From: the human T2T-CHM13v2.0 reference genome, Homo sapiens
DNA length: 64,000 nt
Assembly: GCF_009914755.1 (NCBI RefSeq)
Contig: NC_060947.1
Direction: 5' to 3' (one strand)
Shown piece by piece: positions 1 through 13,302 of this stretch (position 1 is its first letter; every line of letters starts with the position of its first letter). The notes under the pieces are model-generated. The model saw nothing but the letters and a program-made list of their open reading frames with translations. It searched no databases and was not told the DNA's origin. Both the position numbers and the translations under genes were made by a program.

Positions 1-140
1 ATAAAAGTTCCTCAGATTCTTGTAAGACTTTGGCTCATTTTCAGAGTTCTAAAAAAATTAATTTTGACAATTTTTGCTCATGTTCTTATTGCTTTTGTGG
101 AGGCGTCAATTTTGAGATTTTCTCATTTCACCATTCCCTT
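1..140 (-). mobile_element. Old L1 (L1M/L1MD-like) 5'-end fragment
   Basis: ttttgacaatttttgctcatgttcttattgcttttgtggagg resembles the reverse complement of old L1M 5' termini; subfamily uncertain. Confidence 0.45.
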
Positions 141-473
141 GGGAACAGTATCTTGGGCACTTTAAAAACGCAAAAGTTCTCAGATGCTGCAGGCCCATTT
201 ATATACCACAAACTCCATCTTTCTTAATATAACAAACCTTCCCTAGACTTACATCTGTTAACTCAATACCAGCTGTATCATATGTATATTTAAAAATATT
301 CTTTCCTTACTTCCACTTTTCTTCTTCCCATAAATATATATTGAACAAGTACTGTGTACTAGGATCAGAGATAGATGCTGAGGGTTAAAAGTACATTACA
401 ATAGAGTTTATTATGACCTCATGGAGTTTAGAGTGCTGAAGGGCAGATAGACAATAAATACATCCAAGGACAT

Positions 474-505
474 TGTGTTAGAGTTCTCCAAAAACACAGA
501 ATAGG

Positions 506-547
<42 letters not shown>

Positions 548-1120
548 TGTTTGTGTAAGTATGTATGTGTGTGTATGAAGGGAGGAAAGAGAGAGATTGA
601 GAGATAGTAGAAATTGGCTTACATGATTATGGAGACTAAGACATCCCACAATATGCCATCTGCAAACTGGAGAACCAGAAAAACTGATAGCTCAGTCCAA
701 ATCCAAATGCCTGAGAATTAGGGTAGTTGATGATGTAATTCCCAGTCTGAGTCCAAAGGCCTGAGAACCACAGGGGTGGACTGGTTAAAGTCCTGGATTT
801 GGAAGGCCAGAGAACCAGGAATGCAGACATCCAGGGGCAGGAGAAGATGGATGTCCCATCTCAAATAGAGACAGGCAGTGAGAGAGAGATAATTCACCCT
901 TCCACTGTCTTTTGTTTTCTTAGAGCCTCAACACATTGGATGGTTCACACCCACATTGGTGAGGAAAGTTCTTCTTTACTCAGTCTACAAATTCAAATGT
1001 TAATCTCTTCCTGACACACTCTTAATGTTAATCTTTTCCTGACACACTAAGAAGTAATGTTTTACCAGCAATCTCGGAACTCCATGGCCAAATAAGGTTG
1101 ACACATAAAATTAACAGACA
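474..1120 (-). mobile_element. MLT2 (ERVL) solo LTR with internal (TG)n
   Basis: Right end gttgacacataaaattaacagaca is the reverse complement of the MLT2 start (tgtgatggttaattttatgtgtcaac); left end tgtgttagagttctcca; typical internal microsatellite. Confidence 0.9.
509..546. repeat. (TG)19 microsatellite
   Basis: Perfect TG run read directly. Confidence 0.97.
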
Positions 1121-1261
1121 CCTAGGTCAAATACCAAAGTAAATTCAGGTGTGTATATGTAGGCATGCATAGAATTGGTGTTTCTAGGGCAAGGGATACT
1201 GGGGCTTATCATTTTCTCTTTCTCTCAGTGAAGTTTTGATGGAAGGTAGAATTCTAGAATT

Positions 1262-1372
1262 AATTCATTCAGCAATATAATATGTGTCCAGATCTCTGCT
1301 GAATTCTTGGAATGTGACAGTGAACAAATCAGACATGGTCCCTGACTTCATGGAGCTCATAGTGTAATGAGA
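1262..1372 (-). mobile_element. L2 3'-end fragment
   Basis: aattcattcagcaa...acagtgaacaaatcagacatggtccctgacttcatggagctcatagt matches the antisense L2 3' end. Confidence 0.7.
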
Positions 1373-1555
1373 AGTTCATGGAAGTCTACTCATCTGATTT
1401 CAATTTTCTGAACTCCATTCACTATAGAGTTTAGAAAAGATTACAGATTACAGTTTTTTTCCAAGTATAAAATAATATAAATAGAAAATAGAGAAAACAT
1501 ATGGAAATCATAAAAGGAGGCTGGCTATTGAACATAAATTGACTAAATTTTGTCA

Positions 1556-1649
1556 TAGAGTGACTAGGTATTTAGTTTGCCCAAAACTTTCCTGGACTTA
1601 GCACTGAAGGACCCATCTCCTGGTATACCCTGGATAATTGGTCACCCTA
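1556..1649. mobile_element. MER81-like hAT MITE
   Basis: Terminal inverted repeats tagagtgact...ggtcacccta and internal ttagcactgaa. Confidence 0.7.
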
Positions 1650-2722
1650 CTTATTAATGAGCTTTTGCGTTGGCAACAGCAGACAGATAATAAGGGTATG
1701 ATGCTGGTTGCCTAAATATAAACAAGCAAATATGTAAAATAGAACTAAAAATATCTTCTATTAAGGAAGATCATTAAAGTGTGTTTGTGGTTGTATTGGG
1801 GCAGAAAATGTACATAGAATAAGCATTACAGAAAAAGAAAACAATAAACGAAACTGATTAATTACCTACAATGTTTATATGGAAAAGGGATATATGCTGC
1901 AGTGTGAGTGTTAGGCAACATTCCTCATACTTTAATAACTAACCAATGAAACAAACAGGAAATATAAATAAGAATCAGCTCACTGAGTAAAGAAATAAAT
2001 CTGTTACAATAAAAGTAAATCAAAGTGACACAGCTGTAAAAATATGTATATATTGGTAAAAATTATTTAAAAACTGAATACTTATTTAACCAGAAATAGT
2101 GGCATACCTATATTCACATGATAGTGATTAAAAGAACGTTGAGTGGGTGATGGGTCAGTGTAGTGGTATAAAGATTGTTAAGATTTCTTAGTGGATAGTA
2201 GGAAGCCAGGTGGATATATATATATCCTATATGCACATACAATCTAATAATAAAATATAAGAACATTATTTTAAATAAGGAGGAAAATATATGTAGAAAC
2301 AAACAAAAAACAAGTGAAATGGTTAGCTTTGGAGAATGAAAATTGGGGGAGGGGGCAAGAATATGGCAAAGGACTGGAACTGTTGTTTTGGTTACGTACT
2401 TTGAAGTACAATTTAACTTGTAAATTATGGACTTATATAACTTTCACAACAATAAAATTAAATTGAATTGAATACATAAAAAGTAATAATTTAGTACAAG
2501 TAATGAATGTTTTATCTTTACAAAATACCAGCCCAGTTCAATATTCTTATTTTATTTAATATATTAGTATACTGTTTTTATAAGTGTTGGAGTTTTTCTA
2601 TTTGTATTATTAACTGTTCTTGACTCTTGAATAATTTGGAAATAAAGAGGAAATTTCAGAGCTAAGAGACATTTCAGTGCCTGGGCTTGGAAATGCTTAT
2701 TAATTATTCCACAGTGATTTGC

Positions 2723-2995
2723 TTTTTTTTTTTTTTTTTTTTTTTTGAGATGGAGTTTTGCTCTTATTGCCCAGGCTAGAGAGTGCATGCAATGGCGCGA
2801 TCTTGGCTCACCGCAACCTCCGCCTTGCGGGTTCAAGTGATTCTCTTGCCTCAGCCTCCTGAGTAGCTGGGATTGCAGGCACCCACCACTATGCTGGCTA
2901 ATTTTGTGTTTTTAACAGAGACGGGGTTTCTCCATGTTGGTCAGGCTGGTCTCGAACTCCTGACCTCAGGTGATCCGCCCACCTGAGCCTCCCAA
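2723..2995 (-). mobile_element. AluSp-like, 5'-truncated
   Basis: Poly-T then antisense Alu with Sp diagnostics (ttttgctctt, caccgcaacc, tctccatgttggtcagg); TSD tgatttgctt at 2715-2724 and 2996-3005. Confidence 0.95.
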
Positions 2996-3451
2996 TGATT
3001 TGCTTGTAAAAAATACTTTTTCACCTCATCCACCATGACTTTTACAAGATTTTTTCTTAGAATCCATAAGGGAATGTAATTTGTTGATGCCACTGATGAT
3101 AATATGATAACATAACACATATCTAAAACTAATATCTGCTAATCATCACTAGTGCATAGACTCTTCTAGTGAGTTTCTGCTGCCATTAGTTTGATATTAG
3201 AATATTACAGCAGCAATGTTCTCCTTCATTTTTAATATCCATTTGCTTTCCTTTGTAAGGAAATGCACATTTTTCTGTGACAATCACATTATTTTAATCC
3301 TTAATGTTTACACAAGCCTTGTATGCAAATACTATCCATTCAATTCTACACAATATAAATATGAGGCTCAACTCTGGTAGGAGATGTCTGTCTTAAATTA
3401 TAAAATTGAACTGCTGTCCACTGCACCAAGAGGGCCACTAAGGTGCATCTC

Positions 3452-4762
3452 TTTATTATTATTATTTTTTTAATGATACTTTAAATTCTAGGGTACATGT
3501 TCACAACGTGCAGGTTTGTTACATATGTATACATGTGCCATGTTGGTGTGCTGCACCCATTAACTCGTCGTTTACATTAAGTATATCTCCTAATGCTATC
3601 CCTCCCCCCACGCCCCACCCCACAACAGGCTCCGGTGTGTGATGTTCCCCTTCCTGTGTCCGTGTGTTCTCATTGTTCAATTCCCACCTATGAGTGAGAA
3701 CATGCGGTGTTTGGTTTTTTGTCCTTGCGATAGTTTGCTGAGAATGATGGTTTCCAGCTTCATCCATGTCCCTACAAAGGACATGAACTCATCCTTTTTT
3801 ATGGCTGTATAGTATTCCACGGTGTATATGTGCCACATTTTCCTAATCCAGTCTATCATTGATGGACATTTGGGTTGGTTCCAAGTCTTTGCTATTGTGA
3901 ATAGTGCCGCAATAAACGTATGTGTGCATGTGTCTTTATAGCAGCATGCTTTCTAATCCTTTGGGTATATACCCAGTAACCAGATAGCTGGGTCAAATGG
4001 TATTTCTAGTTCTAGATCCCTGAGGAATCGCCACACTGTCTTCCACAATGGTTGAACTAGTTTACAGTCCCACCAACAATGTAAAAGTGTTCCTATTTCT
4101 CCACATCCTCTCCAGCATCTGTTGTTGCCTGACTTTTTAATGATTGCCATTCTAACTGGTGTGCGATGGTATCTCATTGTGGTTTTGATTTGCAATTCTC
4201 TGATGGCCAGTGATGATGAGCATTTTTTCATGTGTCTTTTGGCTGCATAAATGTCTTCTTTTGAGAAGTGTCTGTTCATATCCTTAGCCCAATTTTGATG
4301 GGGTTGTTTGTTTTTGTCTTGTAAATTTGTTTGAGTTCTTTGTAGATTCTAGATATTAGCCTTTTGTCAGATGGGTAGATTGCAAAAATTTTCTCCCATT
4401 CTGTAGGCTGCCTGTTCACTCTGATGGTAGTTTCTTTTGCTGTGCAGAAGCCCTTTAGTTTAATTAGATCTCATTTGTCAATTTTGGCTTTTGTTGCCAT
4501 TGCTTTTGGTGTTTTAGACATGAAGTCCTTGCCCATGCCTATGTCCTGAATGGTATTGCCTAGGTTTTCTTCTGGGGTTTTTATGGTTTTAGGTCTAACA
4601 TTTAAGTCTTTAATCCATCCTGAATTAATTTTTGTATAAGGTGTAAGGAAGGGATCCAGATTCAGCTTTGTACATATGGCTAGCCAGTTTTCTCAGCACC
4701 ATTTATTCAATAGGGAATCCTTTCCCCATTTCTTGTTTTTGTCAGGTTTGACAAAGATCAGA
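3452..4762 (-). mobile_element. L1PA (about L1PA5-6), 5'-truncated, 1.3 kb
   Basis: ORFs 3953-4279 and 3677-3859 are the L1 ORF2 C-terminus; primate L1 3'UTR; TSD tgcatctctt at 3444-3453 and 4763-4772. Confidence 0.95.
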
Positions 4763-6538
4763 TGCATCTCTTATAAATGGTCTCTGCGTCATTCCCAGGG
4801 TAGTTGCTTATATCACAGATGTTGGGAATTGAGGATAGTATCCATATAACAGGGTCTCTGAGTTTTCTGAACTAGTTAGTTCTCTTTGGGTATAAAGGAT
4901 GTAGAGGAGGAGATAAGGATGTGATGAAAAAGAAACCTGTTTGTCACAGTTGATAGGATTGGGAAATGCGAACTTAGAATTATTCAAACAATGGTTATGG
5001 AATGCTATTCAAACTATATGTATGAAATAATGACTATTTGTGCCATACAGTCCTAGTTGCCATTGAAATGCAAAAGTAATTTAACTGTGCACCTACTTCA
5101 GTGGAACTTAAAGTGGGGTTGGGTATATACATATACTAAAATATAAATATTATTAGAGGCCAAAATGCTGTAATTCATATGATAAACACAAAACGTGTTT
5201 GAGGGTGCAGAGTAGGGGAGTACTCTAAGCTACTGAGGGCATTTAGAGAGGTGTTCAGAGAGGAATTAGTATTTGATGTGAAACTTAGAAGAGAAGGCAG
5301 AAAATTTGGGAGATGTAAAAGCATTTTAATGAAAGATACAGAATTAGCATGGTTGGAGAGCTGAGAAAGTATTGATGTGTCCAGACTACACCAAATAATA
5401 TATTATTGTGTGTGTGTGTGTGTTTGAAGAGGACACAAGAAGTAATCACATTTGAAATTAAAGCATGCTTGTTTGTTTGTTTAAGAGGAACAAACTGATA
5501 TTTCACTTGTATTTGGTAAAAAAATGAACTAGAAAGGTAAACTGACAATCTGATAGTTATAGGCATTCAATGCCATCATATATACCCTCATACCTTTCAA
5601 AGCAGATTGTACTCAAGAATAAGGAATATAATCAGATTTTAGTTATTTTATGTAGCACACTTGACTCCAAGTATATTGATTCAATTTGAATGAAACTCTG
5701 AGATGATAAACAGTTGGTATTTAGTTTTGTACTAAAAAGACTTATTTCTTATATTTATTTAAGCTTAGTGGGCAGGTATTAGATGTCTCTTGTGCCTCAC
5801 CTCAAGTCATGTGAGGCTGAGGTATGCCTTAGGTATCTCAATCATCATCTGCTGGGATTAGCTGGGCCATAAAGTTTTCACCCACTTCAATTTTTTTTTA
5901 TCTTTCTCATCTTTTAGATCATCCCACTGCTTCCTCCTTGTTTGACCCTGTGGTCACCCCAGGAAGTGCAACAAGCATAATTGCTTGTGAACCTTCAGTA
6001 AATTCTGATTCAAGTGTCTTGGGCTTGGGGAAGAGCAACAATAAGAAATGAAGCAGCTGCAAGTGATTTTTTAGTAATGATGGGATGTCATATTTTTCCA
6101 TGGTCAACAATACCTTGGGATGCCTCAACCTTTATTTAATTTAAACTTATCTATTTTACTTAAAAAGCATGTATTAGTTAACCACTGATAAGTAATGTGT
6201 GAGAATATTATTAACATCTTTTACTTAATGTATTAGGACCCTATATTTTACTTCATTTAACCTGACTCAACCAACATTTTCTAAGCACCTACTATGGGCC
6301 AAGCTCCAGGAATATAAAGATGAACTTATATTCTTGTAGGCTACATAATACTACAAAGAAAATTATACTACTGGTCAGATATTGGTAAATGTAATTAGGA
6401 GCATAGTGTGTTATGAATGCCCCAAGAGATGAATTTAGGAGTGTGAACCAGTGGAAATTGTCATGTCGCAAATTGAAGAACGGTTTGTGGGTAAACGTAT
6501 AGGGTCTGTCATCTCAGTTGCTTTATTATTCACGGGTC

Positions 6539-6657
6539 CTATATAACAAAAAAAAGTAAGGTCAGTGGCAAGATGTGGCTTTCTGATCTCCTCTAGGAAG
6601 GTCTGAGAACAATGGACAGGGTTGTTCATTGAAGGAATCCTTCAAAGAGAGGCTTAC
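6539..6657 (-). other. Candidate 119-nt GT-AG intron of a minus-strand transcript
   Basis: Minus strand: donor TCA|GTAAGC, branch point CACTGAC (6567-6561), pyrimidine tract cttacttttttttgt, acceptor TAG|G. Confidence 0.55.
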
Positions 6658-6951
6658 TGACATCTTGATTCCCACCGAGGGGTCATGCCAATCGACAGGT
6701 GCAGTTTGTAAGGCAATATCTATAAGAAGACATCTATCTTTATGAAAGTCCAATGGAGCTTTCACTCTTCTTTTCAATTCCCTGTGAACCCAGAGGTGGG
6801 TTAGATATTTTTGGAATGTGCCACAGGCAGCCAGGCAGGTGGAAGATTTCATTCCACCCCATCTCTGTTCTAAAATAATGAAAGAAGCTCCAAGAAATTG
6901 TACCTGTCAAATCTGTCAGAGAGTAAAAGCAAGATGATATCATTTTGACAG

Positions 6952-7016
6952 ATTTCAGCAGCCATTCTGCTGATCATCCATGTTACTACTGCACTATGTT
7001 CCCGAGGAACTGATAG
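6952..7016 (+). other. Candidate 65-nt plus-strand exon
   Basis: Acceptor ttttgacag| and donor AG|GTGAGC in unique sequence. Confidence 0.35.
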
Positions 7017-7139
7017 GTGAGCAGTGAATTATATGTTTCAGAATTAACTCAAAAGGATCTCTCAAATGTATTTGTAGCATTTCAACAAGTTTGGAAAAGC
7101 TGACTTTGTATTTCTGAAAGGGTTGCATTTGGGAGCAAG

Positions 7140-7490
7140 ACAGAGAGGGAGAGAGAACGAGAGAGAGAATGAGAGAGAGAGAGGCTTAATATATGTTGAA
7201 TATGAATAAAGGAGACAGTATGATCATATTCCTGTCTCGTTCCTTAGTACTTGTTTTCTTGCTGTGAGTTTTACTTGCACATGTAAATGAGCTTCCTGAC
7301 ACCCACAGGCAGTTTGAATGCATTGAATTTCTCTCATTTCCAACTGCATCGTGGGAAAAACAAACAAACCACCTGAAGCAAATACTATTAGCCAAAAAAC
7401 AAGCATCTGTGTCCAGATAAGGAACGGAGTGTTGGCACTAAAAGACATTGGCTGTTTCTACCTAGGTTTACTTGGGGACTTTATTGGATT
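7140..7490 (-). promoter_or_regulatory. Candidate promoter of a minus-strand transcript
   Basis: Minus-strand TATATTAA (7193-7186) directly before a (TC)n tract; CCAAT boxes (plus-strand attgg at 7447 and 7484); CGTGGGAA at 7350; ATGTAAAT at 7281. Confidence 0.4.
7142..7183. repeat. Interrupted (GA)n microsatellite
   Basis: Read directly. Confidence 0.9.
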
Positions 7491-7734
7491 AGTCTCTGTG
7501 TTAAATCATATATTTATTAGTCATAAAGTTGCCTTGGTGTTATCTAATCCAGCTCTATGTTGTGATAGGATTGAGTCATTATGCTCTTCCAAGTATTTTT
7601 ATCTGATCTGGGGTTTAAACTGTAAAGGTCAGGTTAGTTGAATGCATTATGATAAGGGTTTAATCTATAACTAAGGACTAGATCACTACAGAGATTTGAG
7701 ATTACTATTAGTTTCTTGAAAAGAGTAACACTTA

Positions 7735-7980
7735 GAGAAGAGCTTTAAACCTAAGTCAGAAGACCTGGAATGAATTTAAGGTTCTATATCTCTACTTATT
7801 TAACTGTGTATCCTTAGACAAGTCACTTAAACTGCTTGAACTCCAGTTATCTCATTTTCAACATGGAGCAATCACACCTACCCTGTGTTTGTTACATGGC
7901 TGTTTTTTGAGTGTCAAATAAGATAATATACTAAATCACTTTAGAATCTCTAAAGAAGTACAACAAATATGAGGTATTAT
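7735..7980 (+). mobile_element. MIR
   Basis: gtcagaagacctgg...actgtgtatccttagacaagtcacttaa...ctcattttcaacatgg MIR core. Confidence 0.85.
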
Positions 7981-8019
7981 AAGACATTGTAAAATATGTA
8001 TAAAATCATAATTTATATT

Positions 8020-8965
<946 letters not shown>

Positions 8966-9029
8966 CATGATTTCTATTTTTATCTCCCCAGAATTATGCA
9001 AAAAATAAGATTCTATGATGAAGAAATAT

Positions 9030-9140
9030 TCCTTTCTCTCTCTCCCTCCCCGCTTTCCTTTCCTTCCTTTCCTTACCCTTCTCTTCCCTTCCCCCTCCCC
9101 TCCCCAGCCCTTCCTCCTCCCTTCCTTTCTTTCTTCCTTC
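9030..9140. repeat. CT-rich low-complexity tract
   Basis: Polypyrimidine tract of cctt/ccct units. Confidence 0.9.
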
Positions 9141-10479
9141 CACAGTGAGTGAGCATTTACGCTATTCAGATCCTGTACTAGGCACAAGGGATATACTGAT
9201 AAATCAGACCTGTTCTCTGTCCTCCTTGATCAATTATTAATATAAATTTTAATATTAAAATTTCATTTCCGGTGTTTATATATTGCACTCTACATATTCA
9301 TGGAGGGCATTTATAATCAAATTATTAAGTTCTCTAAAACTTATTTCAAACTTTAGTTCAATTTACTGGGTCATAAGAAACACTTATTTTTAATGCAATT
9401 TAATAAAATACAATAGCACACTATATTAGAAAACATGTCACATACTAAGAATAACTATTATTTCATAATACTTTTGTTTTAGAATATATATTACATATAT
9501 GTTTCAGAATACACATAGGTATACTTATATATACATATGTATATATATATGTGTGTGTGTGTGTGTATAACCTAAAAGATGATTCCTTGTTTTAGTACTC
9601 TTTCCAGCAAACTAGGAAGGCCTTTCAGAGAGGCTGCAGGAAAAGAGTGGCAGAGAATAAACAGGAGCTAAGAGTAAGACAGCAAAGTCTTCCTTCTTCC
9701 CTATTTAATATGGTTTATCCTAACCTCTGCTAAAAATGACCAAAAGCAACTCTTATTTCCATTTTGGACTACGATACGGGACTCTTTAAAAATAAACTGA
9801 TATGTGGGAAATGTGTCAATTTATTTTTAAAGAGTCCCATATTGTAGTCCAAAATGGAAAAAGAGTAATGTTCCTTTGATATTTTTCAGTTAAGAAATTA
9901 ATAAACACAAGGACAAGATCTTTATATTCATAACTATGACCAAAGGTAATTTCGAGGGAAAATTCAATTCGCATCATGTAATTAGGTTCTGTGTAGCCAA
10001 TATAAAAATTCACATTGACCTTTTTCAATTATGAATACAAACATTATTTTTAAAGTAGAGGAATTTTGATCTAAAATACGAATGTCACAATTTCTGCAGC
10101 TATCTCATATACTATGTAAACGCTCTACTATAATTTTTGGTTTGGGTTGTGTTTTAAGATAGCTTAACTTGACCAGGAAATTCCTGTTTTTAACAGAACA
10201 TCTAACTTGAACATGAGGCATTTAATTTGAATATGAGTCATCCAACTTGAAGATAAAACATGTTAATCAGTTACACAGGTTTTTATTTTTAAAATTTGGG
10301 CCTATGCATTTAATCAAGATTTTTTTTTTAGTTGATCACATAGTGTGAAAACTATATAGTGTGGAATAACCATTAATCCTCTTTACCAAATATGCCCAGA
10401 TCCCTGTCTTCTGGGTACATGAGACGAATAAACTTGTGGTTGAGTAGCAGATTTCTGTAATTGATCATATAGTGTAAAT

Positions 10480-11045
10480 ATATATATAATATAACAATTA
10501 ATGTTCTTCACCAAATATGTCCAGGTCTCTATCTGCTAGGCATGTGGTAGGATTACATTTGTGCCTGACGAGTTGGGCTTTATGAAGCTTGATCAACAAA
10601 TTATAAGTAGAATTCATGTATAAACACTCCTAACTGGAGGATTTTTTTTAACCTCCTTACTGACCTGTGGCTTACATGTAAAAAGCTGTATACATTTAAT
10701 GTATACAAGTCAATGAATTTGAGAATGAGTATGCCTAGGCCATAGACATATTCATCACCTCCCAAAACTTTCTCCAGCCCCATTCATTGCTATTTTTTTT
10801 TCCAGCTGGGGAATTAAATTTCCAAAGCGAATCTCTCAATGAGACTATGCCCAAAGGAAAAGACACCAAGAACACCTGGGATGCTGATTGCTCTCTCAGT
10901 GTGGGTCCCCGAATAAACGTAATGATCAGAAGCCCCTTCCAATTAGAAATGAATATGCAGCATAAGCAAAAGTAAACCTTTGGTTGTTTTAAGCCACTGA
11001 AAATTTGTGATTATTGTTCTTATAGCATAATATAGCATATATTGC

Positions 11046-11050
<5 letters not shown>
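10480..11050 (+). mobile_element. Old MaLR LTR (MLT1I/J-like) with an inserted antisense L1 3' fragment (about 10640-10800)
   Basis: accaaatatgtccag...catgtggtaggattaca start and aaacctttggttgttttaagccactg...gcataa end. Confidence 0.7.
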
Positions 11051-11084
<34 letters not shown>

Positions 11085-11622
11085 TGTTTTTTATATAATG
11101 AACTAAATATCAGTGATGGCCACTCACAACTTCTAAACCAGTGCTTTATATATAGGTTTGCTTGAACAAAGAGTATAAAGATGTAAGATTTTGTCTTAAT
11201 TTATCAATTTAGTCAATAAAATTTTAAAAAATTACACATCTGGCCAAAAATGAAAATGCTTGCTGAGTATATTAAGTTTCTAGTTCGTGAAGACTCCTGT
11301 ATCATATTAAAATATATGATTTTTTACTCTCTATTATTAAGAGCTTTTATAATTTTATAACTTTTATAGTAGTTGCAAGTAATATGTGATGAAAAGGTTG
11401 AATGTTTAAAAGAGATAAATTCATGTAGCAACTACACTAAACTCAAGCTGCATTCACAGGGAAGGTTGGACAAATGTAACTACAAAACATACTAGATGGC
11501 AGAAATGGTGAAACTATATTCAAGTAGTTCATAGGAAACTGATACTAAAATGGTGCTAAAATGCTAATTTTTATAGGTCTTAAAAAATCTAAGTGGAAGA
11601 GTATTAGAAATGTATAGTCTCA

Positions 11623-12976
<1,354 letters not shown>

Positions 12977-13302
12977 AAATGTATAGTCTCAGTGAAGATC
13001 TTTGTAACGTTTATAGCAGTGATGTATAACACCTCTGAAAGCAATCAAGTGTCATAAAAATTTACAAAACATTACATTAACAAAATATGAGGGCAATAAA
13101 AATGCTTCTACAGAAAAACTCAAGAAATTTCATGAAAACAAATATGTAAAAAAAGCAAAGTGGTATTTTTATAACCCAGTAATTCCATGGGGAGGAGCAG
13201 AAGGTTGACGGTAAATGTTTGAAGATAAAGCATCATCTCTTAATGTTTTTAAAACATGAAGAAATATGATAAAATTACTTCACCTTTAAAAAATAAAGTG
13301 TA

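Noticed and set aside
5791-5826. Hairpin as a pre-miRNA
   Set aside because: The stem of about 14 bp is too short for a Drosha substrate.
6435-6943. Overlapping minus-strand ORFs of 64-96 aa as proteins
   Set aside because: No recognisable domain; two of them read through the apparent intron, so they look like chance frames or uORFs.
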